A stretch of DNA of 64,000 nucleotides, from assembly GCA_964646765.1 (NCBI GenBank), contig CAZYIA010000002.1, positions 208,735 through 272,734 on the forward strand, in the 5' to 3' direction. Under the pieces are notes generated by a model. That model was given only the letters and a program-made list of their open reading frames with translations, was not told where the DNA came from and searched no databases. Shown here in pieces: positions 38,808 through 46,913 of the stretch. Each line of letters begins with the position of its first letter. Position 1 is the stretch's first letter. The translations under genes and the position numbers were made by a program. The DNA comes from an uncultured Candidatus Saccharibacteria bacterium. GTDB lineage: Bacteria; Patescibacteriota; Minisyncoccia; Phycocordibacterales; UBA9973.

Positions 38808-39425
38808 ATGACAAATAACCTTAGTGACAAAGATAAAAAAGCGTTTGCCCTTATCCGTAACAAGATTGTTCATTATGGCAAAAGCCCTACACTTAGTGAG
38901 ATTAATAAGGTTACAGGTGGAGCTTCTCCACGATCTGCAAGCCTTGTAATTAATCGACTAATTGACGCAGGACTAATAAAAAAGATTGGACGACAGCTTA
39001 TCCTTACTGGATCACAAACAACAGCTTCAATAAGCACTGTTGATGTTCCTTTGGTAGGTGCTGTGACATGCGGTACCCCTGTTCTTGCCGAAGAAAATAT
39101 TCAAGCCTTGATCCCTGTATCAACAGGTCTAGCTAAAAAGGGTTCAAAATATTTTCTTTTGCGTGCAATTGGAGACTCAATGAATCTTGCAGGAATTAAT
39201 AGTGGTGATCTGCTTTTGATTCGACAGCAAGACACAGCAGAAGATAATGATAAAGTTGTTGCTCTTATAAATGACGAAGCAACCGTCAAAGTATTCAAGA
39301 AAGCGGATGGTGCTGTTGTACTTCAACCGAAGTCAACGAATAAAAACCATAAGCCGATTATATTAACAGATAACTGTATCATCCAAGGGGTAGTTGTTGC
39401 GGTACTTCCAGGTGATCTATATTAA
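38808..39425 (+). CDS. LexA/CI-like repressor (HTH + S24 peptidase domain)
   Basis: N-terminal wHTH 'SPTLSEINKVTGGASPRSASLVINRLIDAGLIKK'. S24 Ser 'GDSMNLAGINSGDLLLIRQQ'. Lys 'VVALINDEATVKVFKK'. ATG at 38808 is preferred over the track's TTG at 38778. Confidence 0.7.
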   Translation: MTNNLSDKDKKAFALIRNKIVHYGKSPTLSEINKVTGGASPRSASLVINRLIDAGLIKKIGRQLILTGSQTTASISTVDVPLVGAVTCGTPVLAEENIQALIPVSTGLAKKGSKYFLLRAIGDSMNLAGINSGDLLLIRQQDTAEDNDKVVALINDEATVKVFKKADGAVVLQPKSTNKNHKPIILTDNCIIQGVVVAVLPGDLY

Positions 39426-39431
39426 ATTTTT

Positions 39432-39659
39432 ATGGCAAAAAATATTCATACTGTTTATAACTCAGATCGTGGAATGTGGGAAAACAAAAAAGAGGGTTCT
39501 GATAAACCACTTTCTTCTCATCACACAAAAGATAATGCTCTTGATAGAGCAGAAAATATTGCTGAAAAAGCAAAGGTCGAACATTTTATTCACGGCAAGG
39601 ACGGAAAAATCCAGGAGCGTAATAGTTATGGGAATGATCCGTTTCCTCCTAGAGGCTAA
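39432..39659 (+). CDS. DUF2188-family small protein
   Basis: 75 aa. 'MAKNIHTVYNSDRGMWENKKEGSDKPLSSHHTKDNALDRAENIAEKAKVEHFIHGKDGKIQERNSYGNDPFPPRG' matches the DUF2188 pattern (HV.P...GW........HGRDG.I...DSYGNDP.PP.G). Confidence 0.55.
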   Translation: MAKNIHTVYNSDRGMWENKKEGSDKPLSSHHTKDNALDRAENIAEKAKVEHFIHGKDGKIQERNSYGNDPFPPRG

Positions 39660-39665
39660 AAGACT

Positions 39666-40589
39666 ATGGCTATTCCACTTTCTCAACTGACTACATGGTC
39701 AAACCAAGGTGCTACTGTTTCAGCAAAAGCAACTCATGAATCTATTCGAACAGCACTGACACATGACCAGTCGCCACTTAAAGATCGTATCAGTAATGGT
39801 TCGGTAAAAATCTATCTCCAAGGATCGTATAAAAACGATACAAATATTCGAGCAGATAGTGATGTGGATGTAGTTGTCGAATTAACAACTACATTTGGTC
39901 ATAATGCACACGAACTTCCTTATGATCAGAAAAATGCTCATGATCAGGCATATGGTAGTGCTGTTTATGATTGGCAAGATCTACGCAGAGATGTCATTTC
40001 TGCTCTGACTAAATATTATGGTTTACTATCTGTTGATACAAGTGGTAATAAATCAATTAAACTCAAACCCTCTTCAGGAAGACTAAAGGCTGACATTGTT
40101 CCTGTTATAAATTATCGTAAATATGATTATTTCTATGGTACCAATAGTCATAATGCAGAAGAGGGTGTGAAATTTTATCATCGCACAACAAATCGTGGAA
40201 TCATAAATTATCCAGAGCACCACTATCAAAACGGAGTTAATAAAAATTCAGATATTCGTACAGGCGGGCGCTTTAAGCCAACAGTACGAATTTTCAAGAA
40301 TATGAGAAACCATCTTGTTGATACAGGCAAACTTGCCGATGGTATAGCACCGTCATATTTCTTACAGTCATTAATTTACAATGTCCCTGATGAACATTTT
40401 ACCGGTGATCATTCGACAACCGTACACGCAGTATTAAAACACCTCTGGTCTGCATTACCTCTTGGTCAATGTATGTGTCAAAACCATTTTCATGAGTTAT
40501 TCGGTGAAAGTGAGGAGCAATGGAATCAAGATGATGCAGTAAAAACTATCAGTGCTTTTGTAGAGCTTTGGGATAATTGGAATCAATAA
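39666..40589 (+). CDS. Pol-beta-superfamily nucleotidyltransferase, SMODS/CD-NTase-like (candidate CBASS cyclase)
   Basis: 'LQGSYKNDTNIRADSDVDVVVEL' (GS...DxD) plus third acidic residue 'RLKADIVPV'. 307 aa. Operonic with a 2-TM effector-like gene. Confidence 0.6.
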   Translation: MAIPLSQLTTWSNQGATVSAKATHESIRTALTHDQSPLKDRISNGSVKIYLQGSYKNDTNIRADSDVDVVVELTTTFGHNAHELPYDQKNAHDQAYGSAVYDWQDLRRDVISALTKYYGLLSVDTSGNKSIKLKPSSGRLKADIVPVINYRKYDYFYGTNSHNAEEGVKFYHRTTNRGIINYPEHHYQNGVNKNSDIRTGGRFKPTVRIFKNMRNHLVDTGKLADGIAPSYFLQSLIYNVPDEHFTGDHSTTVHAVLKHLWSALPLGQCMCQNHFHELFGESEEQWNQDDAVKTISAFVELWDNWNQ

Positions 40590-40591
40590 TT

Positions 40592-41191
40592 ATGCAAAAT
40601 ATACACCCATATTCGATAAATTCGGAAGAACACAAGTATGTATCTCTCTACCTTGCAATAATATCAATATTGCTTGCATGGGGACTATATTTGTTTTCAA
40701 AAAATATCTTTTTCTTACCATGGTGGATAGAAGCTCCTTCGGTAATTGGATTTTATGGAATTTTACATAAGTGGTTCGAAACTAAGCTGTGGAGAAATAA
40801 TTTTATTCGTAAAATTGCTAGTATAAAAACTCCTATCATAGACGGAAATTGGTCTGGAACCATAACATCTCATTCAAATCATGCCAACGGTCCAATACAG
40901 ATAAAGAAATTTTGTATTAAACAAACATGGACTCATTTACTTATCTATCTAGAAACAGAGACATCAGAATCTTTCAGTTTTGAAGCGTCAATGAATGTTG
41001 ATGAGTTCGGGACGGCTCGGATACATTATCAATACAGAAACAAACCAAAAGATAATGCACCTGAAAGTATGCATATACATGAAGGATCAGCATCTGCAAA
41101 GTTAGAAGATGAAGGAGCACTTCAAACAGAATATTACTCAGGTAGAGATCGTAATAATACAGGCTCTTTTGAAGTTAAAAAGTTACAGTAA
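40592..41191 (+). CDS. Two-TM + beta-strand-rich protein (Cap15 / S-2TMbeta-like candidate CBASS effector)
   Basis: ATG at 40592, 2 nt after the NTase stop (track's TTG at 40577 overlaps). Two N-terminal TM helices ('VSLYLAIISILLAWGLYLF', 'WWIEAPSVIGFYGILHKWF'). C-terminal ~130 aa with an alternating beta-like pattern. Confidence 0.5.
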   Translation: MQNIHPYSINSEEHKYVSLYLAIISILLAWGLYLFSKNIFFLPWWIEAPSVIGFYGILHKWFETKLWRNNFIRKIASIKTPIIDGNWSGTITSHSNHANGPIQIKKFCIKQTWTHLLIYLETETSESFSFEASMNVDEFGTARIHYQYRNKPKDNAPESMHIHEGSASAKLEDEGALQTEYYSGRDRNNTGSFEVKKLQ

Positions 41192-41215
41192 TCTGTAACT
41201 TTTATACTCAAACCC

Positions 41216-41407
41216 GTGTCACTTTTGTCACTTTTTATGAATCAAGAAGATAAAAGAAATCCTAAAAATTGGACTAAAGAAGAAACCGATAGAGTGGTGG
41301 CAGTATTTCAGTGGTTATTAGATCAGGATAGAAAACAAAATCCAGATAGGTATAAACTACCAAAAGGAGCAATTTTAGATAAAGACGGAAATCAGGTAAT
41401 TTTATAG
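41216..41407 (+). CDS. Hypothetical small protein
   Basis: 63-aa ORF with a hydrophilic, charged composition. No motif. Confidence 0.25.
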   Translation: MSLLSLFMNQEDKRNPKNWTKEETDRVVAVFQWLLDQDRKQNPDRYKLPKGAILDKDGNQVIL

Positions 41408-41604
41408 GTGCTCAAAGACCGTCGGAATGATAAAATAAAGATACTCAAAATGTCCTTGCAGGGCTTGACCGACCACGGTTCTGGCTCAAGGACGCCAGCT
41501 TTGAACGGAAAACTGGCAGTAGGGGAGATGACTCTGAATTTCTATAGCGGTGGACGAGAGAAGCGTACCCGCGGTCCTAGTCGCTCAATTCTATCCCACT
41601 ATTT

Positions 41605-42420
41605 ATGAAAAACCTTTCCTTTAAATCTCTCCTCCTCGATCTCATTTTCTTTATCATTAAAGAGCTCCGCGCCCTTCTCTTTGCCATTCTCTTCGTTGGG
41701 GTTCTTTTTATTTCAAATTATGTTCATATTCCAGGTTTGTATCGGTATGATTTCCTCTTTCTTGCTGCTCTACTAATCCAATTTCTGCTTGTTTTTTTTA
41801 AACTTGAAACAAAAGACGAAGCAAAAACAATTTTTCTTTTTCATCTCATTGGTTTAGCCCTTGAGTTGTTTAAAACTAGTTCAAGCGTCGGCTCATGGTC
41901 ATACCCAGAACCCGGGCTCTTAAAAATTGCTAATGTGCCGCTCTACAGTGGTTTTATGTACGCTTCTGTTGGTAGCTATATTGCTGGAGCATGGAAAACG
42001 CTCAAGCTGCGACTCGTTAATCCTCCCTCCTACGCCTTAAGTATTATTCTTTGTTTCTTTATCTATCTCAATTTTTTTACCAATCACTTTATTCCTGATC
42101 TCCGTTGGCTACTTTTTATTGCGATTATTGTCCTTTATTACCGAACAACTATTTATTTTACGCCACGAGAAAAAGAATACTGGATGCCGCTTACTCTCGG
42201 CTTTTTTCTTACCGGATTTTTTGTTTGGGTGGCTGAAAATATTGCTACCTACTTGGGGGCCTGGAAGTATCCTGGGCAAATTCATGAGTGGCACGTGGTA
42301 GGTTTTCAAAAAATTACGTCGTGGTTTCTTTTAGTTATTATTTGTTTTATCGTCGTTGCCCATTTAAAGCATATAAAAGCAACGATGGTGCAAAAAACTA
42401 CCAAAAAAGAGACGAATTAA
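41605..42420 (+). CDS. Hypothetical polytopic membrane protein (about 7 TM)
   Basis: 271 aa. Hydrophobic throughout. Confidence 0.4.
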   Translation: MKNLSFKSLLLDLIFFIIKELRALLFAILFVGVLFISNYVHIPGLYRYDFLFLAALLIQFLLVFFKLETKDEAKTIFLFHLIGLALELFKTSSSVGSWSYPEPGLLKIANVPLYSGFMYASVGSYIAGAWKTLKLRLVNPPSYALSIILCFFIYLNFFTNHFIPDLRWLLFIAIIVLYYRTTIYFTPREKEYWMPLTLGFFLTGFFVWVAENIATYLGAWKYPGQIHEWHVVGFQKITSWFLLVIICFIVVAHLKHIKATMVQKTTKKETN

Positions 42421-42461
42421 AAGCGTCACAGTCGAAATGTTCCTTCGTTATTTGATTTGTT

Positions 42462-43184
42462 ATGGATAACCGAACGACAACAATAGCTATATTGATTTTA
42501 ATCCTCATTCTCGCAATTGTGCTTATTTTCCAGTTTCGCCCTTCGTCTTCGGTAATAGTGGTACCGAGTGGTACTTCTACTGGCACATCAACAGGATCTG
42601 GCACCGGCTCTACAATGCCTTCATCGTTTAATCAAAGTGTTTCAGATGGCACAATTACCATTGCGTATCCTGCACAAACATTCGGTCTCGCCGTGAATGC
42701 TTCGCAAGTTCTTGTACATTCGTATATTCCTCCATGTGATGAAGGTTTTAATTACTGTGTGTATTATATTGGTACTCAATATCAAGGGACTAATTTTGAA
42801 AGCGCTGGTATTCGTGTAAAAAAGCGAACCGATCTTACCAACGAACGGCTTTGTGTAACAACACCACCCGAAGGTTTTGCAGCGACGACAGAACCGAACA
42901 ACACTATTTCTACGGATACCTATGTAAGCAGTATTTTTGCCTCGGTTGGTCAAGGTGCCGCAGGTCATACTTCTTCAGGTTCACTGTATCGTCTTTTTAT
43001 TCGGGGAACAGGTACTTGTTACGAGTTTGAAACCCGAGTCGGACAATCTCAATTTGCCAACTACCCAGCTGGATCAATTAAAGAATTCACTGTGAGTGAT
43101 CAAGAATCTGTCCTTGCTCAACTTCGAGCGATTATACAGAGTATTCGTTTCGCTGACAGTGCTAATCTCTTTCCTCAGGGATAG
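42462..43184 (+). CDS. Hypothetical membrane-anchored extracytoplasmic protein
   Basis: N-terminal TM. Thr/Gly/Ser linker 'GTSTGTSTGSGTGST'. Cys-containing globular domain. Confidence 0.4.
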   Translation: MDNRTTTIAILILILILAIVLIFQFRPSSSVIVVPSGTSTGTSTGSGTGSTMPSSFNQSVSDGTITIAYPAQTFGLAVNASQVLVHSYIPPCDEGFNYCVYYIGTQYQGTNFESAGIRVKKRTDLTNERLCVTTPPEGFAATTEPNNTISTDTYVSSIFASVGQGAAGHTSSGSLYRLFIRGTGTCYEFETRVGQSQFANYPAGSIKEFTVSDQESVLAQLRAIIQSIRFADSANLFPQG

Positions 43185-43253
43185 AAAAAAGAACTTTTCG
43201 GTCTCTAAAATAGTGTTCACTATTTCTTCATTTTTTTCTGTATACTTTCCAGT

Positions 43254-43925
43254 ATGCGGATCTTAGTGGTGGAAGACCAGGAAAAATTGGCACTTTCCAT
43301 AAAAAAGGGCTTAGAACTGGAGAGCTTTGCGGTAGACGTTCTTCATGACGGCGCTCACGCACTTTCACAGTTGCTTTCAAATGCAGGTTTATATGATCTC
43401 TTGATTCTCGATGTCATGCTACCTGGTAAGACCGGATTTCAGATTTGCCAAGAACTTCGCAAAGAACATATTACTTTGCCAATACTTATGCTGACAGCCC
43501 TGGATAGTGTTGAGAGTAAAGTCGGGGGCCTTGATATGGGAGCTGATGATTATGTAGCGAAACCGTTTGCATTCGAAGAACTTGTAGCTCGGGTTCGGGC
43601 GCTTTTGCGCCGACCCAAGGTGACACTTACGCACGAACTTTCACTTTCTGGAATTGTGCTTGATCCGCGAGCTCATACGGTTACAAAAAAGGGTAAACTG
43701 GTTTCACTTACTCAGAAAGAGTACGCTATTCTAGAATTTCTCATGCGGCATCCAAATCAAGTACTTTCTCGTGAACAAATTGTGAATCATGTATGGGATC
43801 AAGCATTTGATTCATGGAGTAATGTGGTCGATGTGCATATAAAAAATTTGCGTAAGAAATTACAAAAAGGAAATGAAAACATTCTTGAAGCAGTACACGG
43901 AGTGGGCTACAAATTTAAAGCCTAA
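43254..43925 (+). CDS. OmpR-family response regulator
   Basis: REC 'ILVVEDQEKLA...LILDVMLPGKTGF'. Trans_reg_C wHTH 'VSLTQKEYAILEFLMRHPNQVLSREQIVNHVWD'. Confidence 0.85.
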   Translation: MRILVVEDQEKLALSIKKGLELESFAVDVLHDGAHALSQLLSNAGLYDLLILDVMLPGKTGFQICQELRKEHITLPILMLTALDSVESKVGGLDMGADDYVAKPFAFEELVARVRALLRRPKVTLTHELSLSGIVLDPRAHTVTKKGKLVSLTQKEYAILEFLMRHPNQVLSREQIVNHVWDQAFDSWSNVVDVHIKNLRKKLQKGNENILEAVHGVGYKFKA

Positions 43926-44910
43926 CGTCTTTGAAAAAACTCGACTAAAACTTACGGCGCTCTACGTGGGAACGATGGTTATTATCCTAGCTCTCTTTAG
44001 TGGCGCTCTATACAATGCAATTTCCAAAAATGTTCGGGTACGTTTAGCTGCCCGGCCAATCCCTGCATTCGGGTTGATAACCCAACCTCGAATTCCTTGG
44101 GAAATTCAAGAAGAAGTCAAGAATGAGATACTCGAAGATATTCGACGTAGCATTATGCTCCTTGATCTATGCCTCCTGGTGCTCATTGCAGGGGTAGGTT
44201 ATCTCTTAGCAGGGAAGAGTCTTGAGCCAGTACAAAAAGCATTTGAGCGCGAAAAGCGATTTGTAGCTGATGCCTCACATGATCTTCGAACACCACTTGC
44301 AACATTGCAATCAGAAATTGAAGTAGCCCTTCGTGCTAAGCCAAACAAAGAAATAGAAAAATTACTCAAAAGTAATCTTGAAGAAGTACAGCAGATGTCG
44401 ATGTTAGTAAATGACCTTCTCTTGGTTGCAAAGCTAAACGATCACGCTGCTCTTCCTATGAGTTCGTTTCATGTGCAAGAAGTTATTACTAAAGCTATCG
44501 CAAGTACCGAAAAGAAAGCCAGAGAAAAACAAATTACGCTTACTCATACTCTCGAAGACGGCATTATGCTTGGCCGTGAGAGTTTGTTGGTTAGAGCTAT
44601 CACGAACATTATTGATAATGCCGTAACATATATAGAAAAAGGAAGCGTCACGATTACCGGTATTCGAGAGAAACACCTATATCGTATTACTGTTTCAGAT
44701 ACCGGTCCGGGCATCTCAAAGAAAGATCTTCCGCATATTTTTGATCGCTTCTATCGTGGCTCAAAATCAAGAACCGATATCGGACACAGTGGGTTAGGTC
44801 TTGCGATTACCAAAGAAGCTATCCTGCTTCACCAAGGACGTATTACTATTACCAGTTCAGAAGGCGAGGGCACGGTGGCAACTATTGTGTTACCGCTTGT
44901 GGAAAAATAG
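43873..44910 (+). CDS. Sensor histidine kinase
   Basis: H-box 'ASHDLRTPLATL'. N-box 'IIDNAVTY'. G-boxes 'DTGPGI' and 'GLGLAI'. Two TM segments. The annotated start overlaps the RR by 53 nt, so the true start may be internal (e.g. Met at 43972). Confidence 0.8.
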   Translation: MKTFLKQYTEWATNLKPNVFEKTRLKLTALYVGTMVIILALFSGALYNAISKNVRVRLAARPIPAFGLITQPRIPWEIQEEVKNEILEDIRRSIMLLDLCLLVLIAGVGYLLAGKSLEPVQKAFEREKRFVADASHDLRTPLATLQSEIEVALRAKPNKEIEKLLKSNLEEVQQMSMLVNDLLLVAKLNDHAALPMSSFHVQEVITKAIASTEKKAREKQITLTHTLEDGIMLGRESLLVRAITNIIDNAVTYIEKGSVTITGIREKHLYRITVSDTGPGISKKDLPHIFDRFYRGSKSRTDIGHSGLGLAITKEAILLHQGRITITSSEGEGTVATIVLPLVEK

Positions 44911-45004
44911 TTTCTTCTTCATTTTTTCTTCACTTCCACGCTCTACACTAATACTACCTTCCCGAGTCGAAGGGAAGTGTTATCAGGTAATGTTATAGCA
45001 ACTC

Positions 45005-45703
45005 ATGCATGATACAAAAGCGCTCTACGCCCTCGTGCCTCTTCTCGGCATCGGTGTAGTTCTCGGAGGTGTAACTATTGCTTCAGCGCAAGGATTTCAG
45101 GCTCATGGCTTCGGACCGAAAGGTGATCCGACAACATTCTTCCAAAATGAGGCAACTCTTTTGGGAGTGAGTGTCGACGAAGTTAAAAATGCCTGGGCAG
45201 AAGGGAAGGGCCTGCAGGCTCTTGCGAAAGAGAAAGGAATTTCTCAAGCAACTCTTCAAGCTAACATCAAAAAAGAAGCAGATGCTCGCATGAAAGAACA
45301 GCTCGCTTCTCTTGTTTCGTCAGGTAAGCTTACTCAAGCCCAAGCTGACGAGATACTTACAAATCGCGCAAAGCACGCAACCGATGAGAAAACGACGCTT
45401 GCAACTGCTCTAGGAATTACCGTTTCAGAACTTGAATCATACCAAAATGCTGGTAAAGGGGTTCAAGATATTATTACGGAAAAAGGTTTAAACAAAGAGA
45501 CCGTTATGACCTCACTCCGTGATGCTCGCCTTGCACAGGAAACGAAAGATATTGAAACTCTCGTTTCTAAGGGCGTCCTAACGCAAGACCAAGCAAACAA
45601 GCGCATTGAAACTTTAAAAAACAAAAAAGGTGACATGCCTCTTATGGGAAGAAAAATGCCGCGTGGCCGAGCCCCCGGATTTTCTTTCCGCCTAAAAAAC
45701 TAA
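45005..45703 (+). CDS. Secreted Lys/Ala/Glu-rich protein with two ~80-aa internal repeats
   Basis: Signal peptide 'MHDTKALYALVPLLGIGVVLGGVTIASA'. Repeats 'GKGLQALAKEKGISQATLQAN...' and 'GKGVQDIITEKGLNKETVMTS...'. Confidence 0.4.
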   Translation: MHDTKALYALVPLLGIGVVLGGVTIASAQGFQAHGFGPKGDPTTFFQNEATLLGVSVDEVKNAWAEGKGLQALAKEKGISQATLQANIKKEADARMKEQLASLVSSGKLTQAQADEILTNRAKHATDEKTTLATALGITVSELESYQNAGKGVQDIITEKGLNKETVMTSLRDARLAQETKDIETLVSKGVLTQDQANKRIETLKNKKGDMPLMGRKMPRGRAPGFSFRLKN

Positions 45704-45723
45704 AAGACCTTCTTCTCTCCACA

Positions 45724-45750
45724 AAAGCTCCCACTATGGGAGCTTTTGTT
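45724..45750 (+). terminator. Rho-independent terminator
   Basis: 'aaagctcccactatgggagcttttgttt'. Confidence 0.5.
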
Positions 45751-45792
45751 TAGTTTACGAACACGTTTATGACTTTGTGTTACACTTAGAAG

Positions 45793-46821
45793 ATGCAAAC
45801 AAAGACAATTGAAAAATACTTTTTTATCGGTTTTTTACTCATCGTAACTATTTTTACACTCATTATTTTTCGTCCATTCCTTGGGGTAATTATTGTTGGT
45901 GCCTCTCTTGCCGTAGTACTTCATCCGGTATATTCTTTTTTCCTTAAAAAGGTGACAAAACAGGTTTCTTGGGCAGCCGCACTCCTTTCCCTTATTGTGT
46001 TTTTAGTGCTCGTATGTGGGCCTCTTGTGGGGATTGGAGCACTCGTTGTACGTCAATCACAGGACGCGTACTTCTCGTTTATTGATACCGGCACAACGAG
46101 TCCATTTTTGAATAAAATTGGAGAATCAGTTAATCACTACCTTCCTCGTAGCTTCCAAGTTGATTCTGAAGAAGTTGCTAATAACTTCCTCGCTCTTCTC
46201 TCGCGTAATATTGCAGGAATATTTACGGCTACTGTCGGAACAGTGGTGTCGTTTTTCCTCGTTGTTCTTTCGATGTTCTACTTTTTGAAAGATGGTGATC
46301 ATTGGCGTCGCTCGCTCATTATTGTTTCACCTCTTGCAGATACTGATGATGAAAAAATTCTCAACAAATTAGCCCTTGCCATAAATGGTGTGCTCAAAGG
46401 CTATCTCTTTATTGCTCTCTCACAAGGAATTTTAATGGGGATAGGTTTAGCAATTTTTGGAGTTCCTCATCCAGCTCTTTGGGGAGTGCTGACAGCCTTT
46501 GCTTCGTTTATCCCTACTATTGGTACTGGACTCATTGCAATTCCAGCAGCGCTCTACCTTATTAACACTGGTTCAATTGGGGCTGCGGTTGGCTTTGTTA
46601 TTTGGGCAGTCGTTATTGTTGGATTAATAGATAATTTAATTCGTCCACTTATTGTTGGTCACAGTACTGATGTTCCTGCACTCCTCGTTCTTTTCTCGGT
46701 ATTGGGTGGTATATCGCTTATGGGACCAGTTGGGGTTCTTATTGGTCCTTTAACGGTAAGCCTGCTCTATGCCTTAGTTTCTATTTATCGCACCAGTTTT
46801 CATGTTACGTCAGAGAATTAA
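45793..46821 (+). CDS. AI-2E (UPF0118/PerM) family transporter
   Basis: 342 aa. 8 TM with the characteristic N-terminal 'FRPFLGVIIVGASLAVVLHPVY' and C-terminal 'LIRPLIVG...LLVLFSVLGG' segments. Confidence 0.6.
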   Translation: MQTKTIEKYFFIGFLLIVTIFTLIIFRPFLGVIIVGASLAVVLHPVYSFFLKKVTKQVSWAAALLSLIVFLVLVCGPLVGIGALVVRQSQDAYFSFIDTGTTSPFLNKIGESVNHYLPRSFQVDSEEVANNFLALLSRNIAGIFTATVGTVVSFFLVVLSMFYFLKDGDHWRRSLIIVSPLADTDDEKILNKLALAINGVLKGYLFIALSQGILMGIGLAIFGVPHPALWGVLTAFASFIPTIGTGLIAIPAALYLINTGSIGAAVGFVIWAVVIVGLIDNLIRPLIVGHSTDVPALLVLFSVLGGISLMGPVGVLIGPLTVSLLYALVSIYRTSFHVTSEN

Positions 46822-46913
46822 AAAGGGTTTTCGTCAAGTCATGACTTTCTTTTTCGATCGTCTAATAATAGGAAGGGCATAGACCCTTTTTAGTTAGTAG
46901 TTAATACAAACAT

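Larger units (their letters stand above)
26678..41600. mobile_element. AT-rich genomic island (~15 kb) adjacent to tRNA-Gln: serine recombinase, phage packaging module, repressor, two defence modules
   Basis: Abrupt drop in GC relative to flanks. Left edge is a tRNA. Contains a large serine recombinase, TerL, a TerS-like gene, ParB::MTase, a LexA/CI-like repressor, and candidate DISARM-like and CBASS-like systems. No capsid or tail genes. Right boundary is approximate. A weak tRNA-Gln-like 12-mer lies at ~41543. Confidence 0.5.

Noticed and set aside
40577-40591. TTG start for the 2-TM effector overlapping the NTase gene by 13 nt
   Set aside because: An in-frame ATG at 40592 lies 2 nt after the NTase stop, giving a cleaner coupled arrangement. 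The overlap is probably an ORF-caller artefact.
41408-41608. Possible structured RNA (tmRNA/SRP/RNase P) in the ORF-poor 200-nt stretch
   Set aside because: None of the conserved tmRNA (tRNA-like 3' end with CCA), 4.5S (GGAA...AGCAG domain IV) or RNase P (P4 'AGGAAAGTCC...ACAGAA') signatures could be found by eye.
43873-43925. 53-nt overlap between response regulator and histidine kinase ORFs
   Set aside because: Probably an over-extended kinase start. An internal Met near 43972 at the first TM helix is as plausible. No evidence of a frameshift.
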